A DNA stretch of 47,933 bases from an uncultured Gammaproteobacteria bacterium (lineage in GTDB: Bacteria > Patescibacteriota > Microgenomatia > Daviesbacterales > UBA10151), in contig CAYICZ010000004.1 of the NCBI GenBank assembly GCA_964362195.1, forward strand, positions 1-47,933, in the 5' to 3' direction. Below, in pieces: positions 8,172-16,327 of this stretch. A program made the position numbers and the translations under genes. How positions within the stretch are numbered: the first letter of the stretch is position 1; every line of letters starts with the position of its first letter. Under the pieces are notes generated by a model. The model made no database searches. It saw only the letters and a list, made by a program, of their open reading frames with translations, and was not told the DNA's origin.

Positions 8172-8683
8172 ATGGTGATTTCCTCAAAATTATCCATGCC
8201 TGTTTTGTCTTTTCCGGTGAATTTATAAAATTTTCCTTTTTGCTCAAGTACCCTGTCTTGAAACAGGACACCATTTAAATGATCTATTTCATGCTGGAAA
8301 ATCCAGGCCAAAACCCCTTTTAAAGCTTTTGTAATCATCTTTCCGGTCTCATTCTGGTATGAAATTTTGATATTGGTGTATCTTTTAACCTCACCCCAAA
8401 CATTAGGGGCAGACAAACACCCTTCAAAATATTTTTTGGTTCTTTTGCCAGTTGAGAGTATTTTTGGATTAATCACAGAGACAAAATTTTTATCATGTTT
8501 AACCACAAAAAAGCTCTCATTCAGACCTACCTGAGTTGAGGCAAGTCCCACCCCCTCAGGATCATTAAAAGTTTTGGTAAGTTTTATCATTTCTTTTAAG
8601 GTTTTAAGCAAAGCAGAGTTAATCTTTTTAACCCGCTTTGTTTGTACTCTAAGCCTTGGATCAGGCGCTATAACTATTTGCAT
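8168..8683 (-). CDS. def: Peptide deformylase
   Basis: GVGLASTQVG, EGCLS, QHEIDHLNG; start set at MQIV, 7 nt after TGnTACAAT. Confidence 0.96.
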   Translation of the reverse strand: MQIVIAPDPRLRVQTKRVKKINSALLKTLKEMIKLTKTFNDPEGVGLASTQVGLNESFFVVKHDKNFVSVINPKILSTGKRTKKYFEGCLSAPNVWGEVKRYTNIKISYQNETGKMITKALKGVLAWIFQHEIDHLNGVLFQDRVLEQKGKFYKFTGKDKTGMDNFEEITI

Positions 8684-8719
8684 AAGTGGAATTGTAGCAT
8701 TTAGGATAAATTGAGGCAA

Positions 8720-9067
8720 TTAAAAGCGTCTTTCTCCTCTTAGAAATTTCTGGGCTTTTGAGGCTGCGTTTGATAAAGGAGAACCTTTTTCTTTGAAATA
8801 CCAGATATGGCCAGCCAATCTGGCACCCTCCTTGGTAAATACTGAATAACCTTTCTCCTTATGAAGCAACTCGTCTGGAATGAGTCCTGCATCTACCCAA
8901 TCTCGAAGGGCATATCTGCTTATACGAGGAAGACGTTTTCTGATCCAGGATGGCTTAATAAAAGTAGGGGTTTTAGGTGAATCTAGTTCTTCCTCATATG
9001 CATTCAACTTATCATCTATTTCATCGAGTAACCATTCTTTAACTACTGTTTCTGGGCTATCAACCAT
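8720..9067 (-). CDS. MerR-type HTH domain protein
   Basis: ISRYALRDWVDAGLIP...KGYSVFT resembles the MerR HTH and wing. Confidence 0.6.
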   Translation of the reverse strand: MVDSPETVVKEWLLDEIDDKLNAYEEELDSPKTPTFIKPSWIRKRLPRISRYALRDWVDAGLIPDELLHKEKGYSVFTKEGARLAGHIWYFKEKGSPLSNAASKAQKFLRGERRF

Positions 9068-9076
9068 GAGTATATT

Positions 9077-9340
9077 TTAACTTATTTTCTTAAGTTCTGA
9101 AAGCTTCCACATAAACACCTTAGCTTTGTTTTTGGCATTGTAGTAGCCTTTGGTATAATTTAGGGCCTCCTCTAAAATTTGTCTTGGCAACTCTTTGGCA
9201 AGCTTTATATATAAAGAATAGTGCTTGGTATCATCCAGCGATTCTGCCAGGAATACTCCATAAACCTGAAATTCTTTGCTCAAATTTTTCGGCCTGTCTT
9301 TAAATTTAGTCTCGCCGAGTATATTATTTAGTGACTTCAT
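9077..9340 (-). CDS. Hypothetical small helical protein
   Basis: 87-aa ORF overlapping the stop of the upstream ligase gene. Confidence 0.7.
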   Translation of the reverse strand: MKSLNNILGETKFKDRPKNLSKEFQVYGVFLAESLDDTKHYSLYIKLAKELPRQILEEALNYTKGYYNAKNKAKVFMWKLSELKKIS

Positions 9341-11306
9341 TGAGTTGCTGTTTGGCTTCCGGATAATCCGGCTTTAATTTTAGGGCTTGCTGCAGCACTT
9401 TTATTTCCTCATCTTTTTTAGTGCGCGAAGCGCGCGAGCTTTGCTCATTTTGGCTATCTAAAATTAAAGCTTTATTATAGTAAAGCTTGGGATCTGTTGG
9501 AGCTAAAGATATAGCCTGGTTTAGCGCATTTAAAGTTGTATCCAGATATTTGTTATCCAAAGAGGCCAATTCAAAATAGGTCCTGATAGCTGTTCTCCAA
9601 AAAGAGACATTTTTAGGGCTGTTCTTTAAAACCTGACCCATCTGGGCAACCGCTTCGTCTTTTAGCGCAGCAGATAAAGTTGCATCAGTTTGCTCTAAGG
9701 CTGCTGCAGCCTGGGCAGCGGAAAAAGCTAACTCAGATTGATAAAAAGGCTCGGAAGAATTCAGTTCCAAAGCAGAAGAAATGAAATTATATGCTTTGCC
9801 GGGATTTCCCAAATCAAAAGCTTTTTGGCCCTGGTTAAATAGTGTGTCAGCTGTCCAGATTTTAATAACAGAATATAAAAGATAAATGGTGAATAGTGCC
9901 ACAATAACTTTAGCAGCTTGGGCATAAATTGGCCTTTTGTAAATAAAACTAAACCCTAAACCCGATACCCTGAACCCTGTTGTGGCTTCTGTTGCCACAA
10001 AAACAAGTGCCGGGAAAAGATAGAAAAATACGGCAATAATCACAACTGAGAATAAAAAGAAGTTATAGATAAGAAAGGAAATATATGAAGAAAGCAAAGC
10101 GACTATAAAAATATTAGGCTTTGACCCCAGGATTTTTTTGAAGCTCCAATAAATAAATGAGCCTATTAAGAGTATATATGTGCCAAATCCCAAAATTCCT
10201 GTGTTGGCTAAATAATTTAAATATTCATTATGAGCCTTGTTATATAAAAAGTCCCACTCAGAAGTTTTATTATGCTCAGAGGGCCTATATTGATAATATG
10301 AATAAGCAAAAGTTTCCAAACCTGTTCCTAAAATAGGGTTATGTTTAAAGATTTCCAAAGCCCCTTTCCAGACAATAAAGCGGATTTGTCCGGATTCAGT
10401 TCCCCCATTTTCCAGCTGAGTTGTAGAAGTTTGAGGTAGTGCTATAGCAGGTCTGGTAGGTGAGGCAAACCTGGAAACAAGCCTGAGAGAGGTTAAGGCA
10501 GATCCAAATAATAAATTAACTGCCAAAAAAGAACCAAGCACTATTAAAATAATTTTGTTTTGTTTGAGTTTGGAAAATGCAAATCCTAAAAATACTGCCA
10601 TTCCTCCTATTAACCCTAATGTTGGACCTCTGGAGTAAGTGAAGGTAAAAGCCAGATAATAAATAATAAGTACCAAGTACCAAATTCCAAGTTCCAAATT
10701 CTTTTTAGCTGCTAAAAAGAAATATAAAGCAGGGAAGATAAGCATAGCAAGATATGCAGCCAGCCAATTGGGCTGGCCTAAGGTAGCAAATACCCTGGCC
10801 TGTACATCCTGTACCCAGCAGGAGGCATTAAACTCACTCCGTAAAATAATACAGGATAAGGAAACGCCAAAATGTTCAAAAATACCCCACAAAGAAATAA
10901 TAAATCCGGCAGCTAAACCAAATTTTAAAGTTGTTAAAACTTGTGTCTTGTTAATATTTGAAACAAAGGCCCAGTAAAGTAATAGATAAGAGATAATAGA
11001 TAATAATCCTCCATTGGATCTGGAATAATATCCCCAAATGGAGGTATGGATATCTATGGAAAAAATAGTAGATAAAACATTTGCTCCTAAAAATAGTAAA
11101 AGAGGAATATCTAGCGGAGTACGTTTAATCGTTAATCGTTTATCGTTTATCGTTTTTAAAACCCAAGTTCCAATAATAAGAATAGTGATTCCGTAAGTAA
11201 GCAACATCTTGTTATATTCAAAAAGCTCGTAATTTAGCGAAGTCCAAAAAAGTGGAGTGAGGAAAAAGAGAAGATAGAAAGAGTAACTGATAATTTTATC
11301 TAACAT
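9324..11306 (-). CDS. O-antigen ligase (Wzy_C/O-OTase-like) family membrane protein with C-terminal TPR repeats
   Basis: Many TM helices; RVFATLGQPN, TYSRG, R..VWKGA, AHNEYL; TPR-like AISLAPTDP and ALKLKPDY. Confidence 0.88.
   Translation of the reverse strand: MLDKIISYSFYLLFFLTPLFWTSLNYELFEYNKMLLTYGITILIIGTWVLKTINDKRLTIKRTPLDIPLLLFLGANVLSTIFSIDIHTSIWGYYSRSNGGLLSIISYLLLYWAFVSNINKTQVLTTLKFGLAAGFIISLWGIFEHFGVSLSCIILRSEFNASCWVQDVQARVFATLGQPNWLAAYLAMLIFPALYFFLAAKKNLELGIWYLVLIIYYLAFTFTYSRGPTLGLIGGMAVFLGFAFSKLKQNKIILIVLGSFLAVNLLFGSALTSLRLVSRFASPTRPAIALPQTSTTQLENGGTESGQIRFIVWKGALEIFKHNPILGTGLETFAYSYYQYRPSEHNKTSEWDFLYNKAHNEYLNYLANTGILGFGTYILLIGSFIYWSFKKILGSKPNIFIVALLSSYISFLIYNFFLFSVVIIAVFFYLFPALVFVATEATTGFRVSGLGFSFIYKRPIYAQAAKVIVALFTIYLLYSVIKIWTADTLFNQGQKAFDLGNPGKAYNFISSALELNSSEPFYQSELAFSAAQAAAALEQTDATLSAALKDEAVAQMGQVLKNSPKNVSFWRTAIRTYFELASLDNKYLDTTLNALNQAISLAPTDPKLYYNKALILDSQNEQSSRASRTKKDEEIKVLQQALKLKPDYPEAKQQLNEVTK
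9421..9440. repeat. GCGC-GAA-GCGC mini-hairpin in frame (SSRASRT)
   Basis: GTGCGCGAAGCGCGCGAGCT interrupts a TPR helix pair. Confidence 0.6.
9946..9980. repeat. Period-7 tract in ligase gene (TGFRVSGLGFS)
   Basis: AAACTAA ACCCTAA ACCCGAT ACCCTGA ACCCTGT. Confidence 0.8.
10664..10701. repeat. Period-7 tract in ligase gene (NLELGIWYLVL)
   Basis: TAATAAG TACCAAG TACCAAA TTCCAAG TTCCAAA TTC. Confidence 0.8.
11122..11157. repeat. Period-7 tract in ligase gene (KTINDKRLTIK)
   Basis: CGTTAAT CGTTTAT CGTTTAT CGTTTTT; 11126-11154 is the exact reverse complement of 14488-14516. Confidence 0.9.
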
Positions 11307-11309
11307 AAA

Positions 11310-11389
11310 TAGGGTACAGCGACTAGGGTATAGGGTTTAGTAAGAAAAATCAACTATACCCTAACCTCTAGACCCTAAACCCTACCCTA
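11310..11389. repeat. Inverted pair of TAGGGTW / WACCCTA heptamer tracts in a divergent intergenic region
   Basis: TAGGGTA cagcgac TAGGGTA TAGGGTT TAG ... TACCCTA ACCTCTA GACCCTA AACCCTA CCCTA. Confidence 0.85.
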
Positions 11390-11404
11390 TGTTAAACTCC
11401 CATC

Positions 11405-12469
11405 ATGTTTGGTAAGATCTGGTCATATTTTTCACATGATATAGGAATAGATTTAGGTACTGTTAATACTCTTGTTTTAGTTAAAGGTAAAGGGATAGTA
11501 ATCAGGGAACCAACCGTGGTGGCACTTCATAAAAAAACTAGGCAGGTTTTGGCAATCGGGACAGAGGCCAAAAGAATGCTGGGCAGGACCCCTGCTGCAA
11601 TTGAGGCAGTGAGGCCTCTTCGAAACGGGGTAATTTCTGATTTTGATACAACAGAGGCCATGCTTAGATATTTTATTCATAAGGTTCACGAAAGTCCGGC
11701 AGGTTCCAAATGGTATTCTCTTCCAAAAATTCCAAAGCCAAGGATTGTTGTTGGTATTCCATCAGGAGTGACAGAGGTGGAAAGAAGGGCTGTTCAGGAT
11801 GCCTGTTTATCTGCCGGAGCCAGGGAGGCATATTTAATTGAAGAGCCAATGGCTGCGGCAATCGGGGCCAAACTGCCGGTTGAAGATCCGGAAGGAGTCA
11901 TGATTGTAGATATTGGTGGAGGTACATGCGAAATTGCTATTATTTCCTTAGGAGGAATGGTAATAAACAGATCAATCAGGGTGGCCGGGGACGGGATGGA
12001 TGAAGCGATTGTAAACTATATGCGGACCAGGTATGGCATGCTGATTGGTGAGCGGACAGCCGAAGAGGTCAAAATGGAAATAGGTTCGGCATATCCTGTG
12101 GGCAAAGATGATTTGGCAACTGTGGTGCGGGGCAGGGACCTATCAACAGGTCTGCCTAAATCCTTAAAATTAAGCGCATCAGAAATCAGGGAGGCATTAA
12201 CACCAATAATTTCCGAGATAATAGGGGCAATTCAGGAAGTTTTAGAAGAAACTCCGCCGGAACTTTTAACAGATATAGTTGAGCGGGGGATATTTTTGAC
12301 AGGAGGAGGGGCTTTAATTTCTGGTTTGGATAAAAAAATTGCCGAGGAAACAAAACTGCCGGTTTATATTGCAGATGATCCGCTGACCACAGTTGTCAGA
12401 GGCTGTGGGGAAGTCTTAAATAATCTGGATTTACTATCTAAAGTAAGGGTAACCGGCGGATTAAGATAA
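11405..12469 (+). CDS. mreB: Rod shape-determining protein MreB
   Basis: IGIDLGT, EPMAAAIGA, VDIGGGT, LTGGGAL. Confidence 0.97.
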   Translation: MFGKIWSYFSHDIGIDLGTVNTLVLVKGKGIVIREPTVVALHKKTRQVLAIGTEAKRMLGRTPAAIEAVRPLRNGVISDFDTTEAMLRYFIHKVHESPAGSKWYSLPKIPKPRIVVGIPSGVTEVERRAVQDACLSAGAREAYLIEEPMAAAIGAKLPVEDPEGVMIVDIGGGTCEIAIISLGGMVINRSIRVAGDGMDEAIVNYMRTRYGMLIGERTAEEVKMEIGSAYPVGKDDLATVVRGRDLSTGLPKSLKLSASEIREALTPIISEIIGAIQEVLEETPPELLTDIVERGIFLTGGGALISGLDKKIAEETKLPVYIADDPLTTVVRGCGEVLNNLDLLSKVRVTGGLR

Positions 12470-13104
12470 TGAAAAAAGCTGTCCTGTTTGATATTGATGG
12501 AGTTTTGATTGATTCTTGGGATTTTGTCTTTGTGGCAGTTAAACATGCGCTAAAAAAGCCAGGTCACACTATTTCTGAGGAAGTAATAGTAAGCGCTATG
12601 GGAGGAAGGGCCCTTCTGGATTTTTATAAATTTTTGCTTCCAAAAGAAGATTATAAACTGATTGCCAAAAGCCACCAAAAATACCAGCAGGATAAATTTG
12701 ATTTGGGGAAACCATTTCCAAATGCCAAAAAGATTTTAAAAAAGTTAAAGTCCCAGGGATTTTTAATGGCTGCCATAAGTAATAGGACTAAAATAAGTTT
12801 AAAAACAACTTTGGATAGGGCAGAATTTTCCCCGTTCTTTGATATTGTTTTATCTGCAGAGGATGTTTTAAACCCCAAGCCTCACCCTGAGCATGTTTTG
12901 GCTGCATTAACTTATTTAAAAGTAAAACCCGCAAACTCATTTATGATCGGGGATACAAAAGATGATATTTTGGCAGGAAAATCTGCCAAGGTTAAAACAA
13001 TCGGAGTAACCTATGGCTTTGCCGGAAAAACAATTACTGACCATAATCCGGATTTTGTAATTGATGATTTGGAAGAATTAATAAAAGTGTTAAGATACAC
13101 CTAA
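12469..13104 (+). CDS. HAD-IA hydrolase (PpaX/Gph-like)
   Basis: FDIDGVL, ISN, KPHP, GDTKDD motifs. Confidence 0.9.
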   Translation: MKKAVLFDIDGVLIDSWDFVFVAVKHALKKPGHTISEEVIVSAMGGRALLDFYKFLLPKEDYKLIAKSHQKYQQDKFDLGKPFPNAKKILKKLKSQGFLMAAISNRTKISLKTTLDRAEFSPFFDIVLSAEDVLNPKPHPEHVLAALTYLKVKPANSFMIGDTKDDILAGKSAKVKTIGVTYGFAGKTITDHNPDFVIDDLEELIKVLRYT

Positions 13105-13130
13105 TGTTAAAGATACCTTTCTACGATCCA
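13104..13130 (+). pseudogene. Stranded former 5' end of pyrD (MLKIPFYDP)
   Basis: ATG TTA AAG ATA CCT TTC TAC GAT CCA versus pyrD ATG CTT AAA ACA CCC TTT TAC GAT CCG (13568-13594); overlaps the HAD stop (TAATG) and has its own TGnTAAGAT. Confidence 0.85.
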
Positions 13131-13216
13131 TTAGATTTTTAGTTTATCTTTTGCCAATTTAATGGTTTGATCTTGAAAGAATTTTTTGACCTTTTCCCAG
13201 GAAACAGAAGTAACAT
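13131..13216 (-). pseudogene. Internally deleted remnant of a probable AbiEii-type nucleotidyltransferase toxin
   Basis: ATG directly after the DUF6922-like stop, then out-of-frame VSWEKVKKFFQDQTIKLAKDKLKI*, resembling the C-terminus of such toxins as I recall them. Confidence 0.55.
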
Positions 13217-13525
13217 TTAGTAAGGCCAGAGTCGCATCGGTGGATTTGGGAATCCCTTTTTAAAATACATTATCTCTCGCTTGGGCATCTTAAAAAATTT
13301 ACCCCAGTATGTTGCGGCCCGTTTTGATAATCCGCGGCGATCTCGAAGAGTTTGTTTAATTATCTCCTCATCGAAATTTCTGAAGAGCCACTTAGTAGCT
13401 CGCTCATTTCCGAAGTTTAGGATTCTTTCGATAATGTAGTTAGGGTGGGTTTTCTTTAGATCTATTTTATTAAAATCTACGTCCCAAAAATAATGTTCTA
13501 AGAAAATTGGAAGCCTTTTCTGCAT
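13217..13525 (-). CDS. DUF6922-like protein (putative antitoxin partner)
   Basis: LEHYFWDVDFNKIDL, YIIERILNFGN, WL, LS.R...YW. Confidence 0.75.
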   Translation of the reverse strand: MQKRLPIFLEHYFWDVDFNKIDLKKTHPNYIIERILNFGNERATKWLFRNFDEEIIKQTLRDRRGLSKRAATYWGKFFKMPKREIMYFKKGFPNPPMRLWPY

Positions 13526-13567
13526 ACTTATATTTTAGCTTAATTTAAGGTAGAATTACAGGTGAAA

Positions 13568-14650
13568 ATGCTTAAAACACCCTTTTACGATCCGAATAAG
13601 AGTTATGAGGAAAATTATGATCAGGGGCCGTTTGGGGCATTTGCAGACGGAGTTGATTTAAGGACAGACGAAGAACCAAAATATGAATTTTTAGGTTTTA
13701 AGATTAATACCCCTTTTGGAATTCCCTCCGGTCCTTTAGTTAATTCTAAATTCTGTAAAGCCGCTTTTGAAAAAGGATTTAATGTAATTCATTATAAAAC
13801 CAGAAGATCTGGTGAGTTTCCCTGCAACCAATTTCCTAATGTTTTATTTGTAGAAACTGACGGGGATTTAACTTTAGAAAAAGCAAAAAAATCTCTTAAA
13901 GGGAGTAATATTGCTCCTGATGATTTATCAAAGATAAGTATTACCAACTCTTTCGGTAATCCATCACCTGATGCAAAAGTTTGGCAGGAGGATATGAAAA
14001 AGGCAGTGAAAGCAGCAGGATACGGTCAGCTGTTGATTGCTTCAGTTGTGGGAACAATTAAAGAGGGTTTTTCTGCCGAGGATTATTACGGCGATTTTGC
14101 GCTTGCTGCAAAATATGCAAAAGAGGCTGGAGTAAAAGTTATTGAAGTTAATTTATCCTGTCCGAATGTGGCATCAGAAGGTGTTTTATGCTACTCTGCT
14201 GATGCAGTAGAGGCTATCTGTAAAAAAGTAAGAGAAGTAATTGGTGATAAAGTTAAACTCCTGGCAAAAGTGGGTTATTTCTCCTCTGATCAACAAATTC
14301 TCCTGGAAGATATTATCAAAAGAATAAATTCATATATTGATGGAATTTCAGCAATTAATACAATTCCGGCTCCGGTGGTTGATGAAAATGGGAAGCAAGC
14401 TTTACCTGGAGAAGGAAGACTTTCAGCAGGGATTTGTGGAGCAGGGATTAAATGGGCAGGGCTGGATATGGTTAGGAGATTGCGATTAACGATAAACGAT
14501 AAACGATTAACGATTATAGGAGTAGGTGGAGTGACAAAGCCTGAGGATTATTTTGAGTATATTAATGCCGGGGCTGATGTAGTCCAATCTGCAACAGGAG
14601 CTATGTGGAACCCTGAACTTGCTCAAGAAATCAAACAACTGGCGAAATAA
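13568..14650 (+). CDS. pyrD: Dihydroorotate dehydrogenase-like FMN enzyme
   Basis: YKT, EVNLSCPN, LAK, AINT, IIGVGGV, GADVVQ; convergent with pyrCEF; alternative GTG start at 13562. Confidence 0.85.
   Translation: MLKTPFYDPNKSYEENYDQGPFGAFADGVDLRTDEEPKYEFLGFKINTPFGIPSGPLVNSKFCKAAFEKGFNVIHYKTRRSGEFPCNQFPNVLFVETDGDLTLEKAKKSLKGSNIAPDDLSKISITNSFGNPSPDAKVWQEDMKKAVKAAGYGQLLIASVVGTIKEGFSAEDYYGDFALAAKYAKEAGVKVIEVNLSCPNVASEGVLCYSADAVEAICKKVREVIGDKVKLLAKVGYFSSDQQILLEDIIKRINSYIDGISAINTIPAPVVDENGKQALPGEGRLSAGICGAGIKWAGLDMVRRLRLTINDKRLTIIGVGGVTKPEDYFEYINAGADVVQSATGAMWNPELAQEIKQLAK
14483..14517. repeat. Period-7 tract in pyrD (RLTINDKRLTI)
   Basis: CGATTAA CGATAAA CGATAAA CGATTAA CGATTAT. Confidence 0.9.
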
Positions 14651-15686
14651 TTCTTCCTGAACCTTTTTCTGCTAAAATTTGACCGTTTTCAAAAACTTTT
14701 TCTCCTCTTAAATAAACTGTTTTTACTTTACCCACTACTTTTTTGCCCTCAAAAGGGGACCACTTGCACTTTGTGTAGAAGGGAATAGGGTTTAGGGTAT
14801 AGGGTTTAGTATCATCAACTTCTATATAAGTATTTTCATCAGTTGGAATGTTAAAAATCCTTTTAGGGTTGTCAAATAAAAGCCTTTTAATATCATCTAT
14901 AGTAAGTTTGTCTTCGCTAACTGCTGTTAATAAAAGTGGAAGAGTTGTCTCAAGTCCGGGTACTCCAAATGGAGGATTTTCACTCTCCTTTTCTGCTTTA
15001 GTATGTGGCGCATGGTCAGATTCAATAAGGTCTATGGAATCTAGGTTACTCCATAGAAAATCCTGGTCAGCTTGGGTTTTTAAAAATGGCTTCATTCTGC
15101 CATATGGCCCAAGTTTTTGGCCATCTATGTCTGTTAGAAAAAGATGGTGGGGAGTAACTCCACAAGTTAAAGGTAGCCCCTCTTTTTTTGCAGTCATAAT
15201 TTGGGACAATTCTTCTTTGGATGAAACATGACAAATATGGGTTTTCTTGTTGGTGGACTTAATAATTTTTAAAGCCATAGGCAAAGTTTTCCCTTCACAA
15301 TGTAAAAGAATTGGCTGACTTTCTGGCCAAGCTTCATAAATGGCCCTCAATTTTTCTTCATCAATTAAAAAATTTCCGGTTGTAACATTTAAATAAAGTT
15401 TTATTCCAAAGACTTGACTTGCCACTTTAGGAAATTCTTCTAAATTATCACCCAAAGATCCAAAGTAAAAACCTATATCGCAAACAGTATTTTTTCTGGC
15501 CAGTTCCATTTTTTGTTGGAGTAGCTCTTGGGTGATTATGGGCACTTTATTGTTGGGCATATCCAAAACAGTAGCAAATCCTCCGGCTAGCGCAGCAGAG
15601 GTGCCGGTTAAAAAATCCTCCTTTTCCTCCTGTCCCGGAGTCCGAAGGTGTACATGGATATCAATTAGACCGGGTAAAGTAATCAT
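14631..15686 (-). CDS. pyrC: Dihydroorotase
   Basis: PGLIDIHVHLR, DMPN, HICHVS, VTPHHL, SDHAPH. Confidence 0.93.
   Translation of the reverse strand: MITLPGLIDIHVHLRTPGQEEKEDFLTGTSAALAGGFATVLDMPNNKVPIITQELLQQKMELARKNTVCDIGFYFGSLGDNLEEFPKVASQVFGIKLYLNVTTGNFLIDEEKLRAIYEAWPESQPILLHCEGKTLPMALKIIKSTNKKTHICHVSSKEELSQIMTAKKEGLPLTCGVTPHHLFLTDIDGQKLGPYGRMKPFLKTQADQDFLWSNLDSIDLIESDHAPHTKAEKESENPPFGVPGLETTLPLLLTAVSEDKLTIDDIKRLLFDNPKRIFNIPTDENTYIEVDDTKPYTLNPIPFYTKCKWSPFEGKKVVGKVKTVYLRGEKVFENGQILAEKGSGRIISPVV
14779..14811. repeat. Period-7 tract in pyrC (TKPYTLNPIP)
   Basis: AAGGGAA TAGGGTT TAGGGTA TAGGGTT TAGTA; 14793-14811 is identical to 11324-11342. Confidence 0.85.
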
Positions 15687-16327
15687 TCAAAGCCGTTTTT
15701 CTTTCCCCAATTTGCAGGGTCAGAGGTCCAGTCTAAAATAGTTGATATTTCTTCCTTATTTATATGCCCCATTTTCCGGGCAGTATTTAGTACATCTGCA
15801 AAAGTTGTAAGAGAAACAAGTTTAAGTTTATTTTCTGCAAAGCTTGTTTTGGCTTTTTCCATACCATAAGTTATTATGGAGAAAACATACACTATTTGTC
15901 CTCCTGCTTCCCTTACAGCTTTAACAGAATTTATGGCACTTTCCCCGGTGGAGACCAAATCTTCAATCACAATTGCTTTTTGCCCTTCTTTAATTATTCC
16001 CTCCATTAAATTTTCCTTGCCATGGTCTTTTGCCTTGCCCCGCACATAAACCATAGGCAAGTTTAACTTATCTGCAATCCAGGCAGCGTGCGGGATACCG
16101 GCCGTAGCTGTGCCTGCTACCACATCAAATTTTGCTCCTGATTTATTGATGGCTTCAATATATAAATCCCTAATTTCCCTTCTTTTATCAGGATAAGCCA
16201 TCAATACCCGACAGTCTGTATAAACAGGAGAAATAATACCTGAAGCATACTTAAAGGGTTTTTTAGAATTTAAGGTAATGGCATTAAGTTCCAGCAGTAT
16301 CTTGGCAACTTGCTCTGAGGTGCTCAT
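15683..16327 (-). CDS. pyrE: Orotate phosphoribosyltransferase
   Basis: ASGIISPVYTDCR, YVRGKAKDHG, VIEDLVSTG. Confidence 0.95.
   Translation of the reverse strand: MSTSEQVAKILLELNAITLNSKKPFKYASGIISPVYTDCRVLMAYPDKRREIRDLYIEAINKSGAKFDVVAGTATAGIPHAAWIADKLNLPMVYVRGKAKDHGKENLMEGIIKEGQKAIVIEDLVSTGESAINSVKAVREAGGQIVYVFSIITYGMEKAKTSFAENKLKLVSLTTFADVLNTARKMGHINKEEISTILDWTSDPANWGKKNGFE

Noticed and set aside
11310-11389. Eukaryotic telomere contamination (TTTAGGG-like)
   Set aside because: Units are degenerate, occur in both orientations, sit between intact bacterial genes and recur in frame in pyrC.
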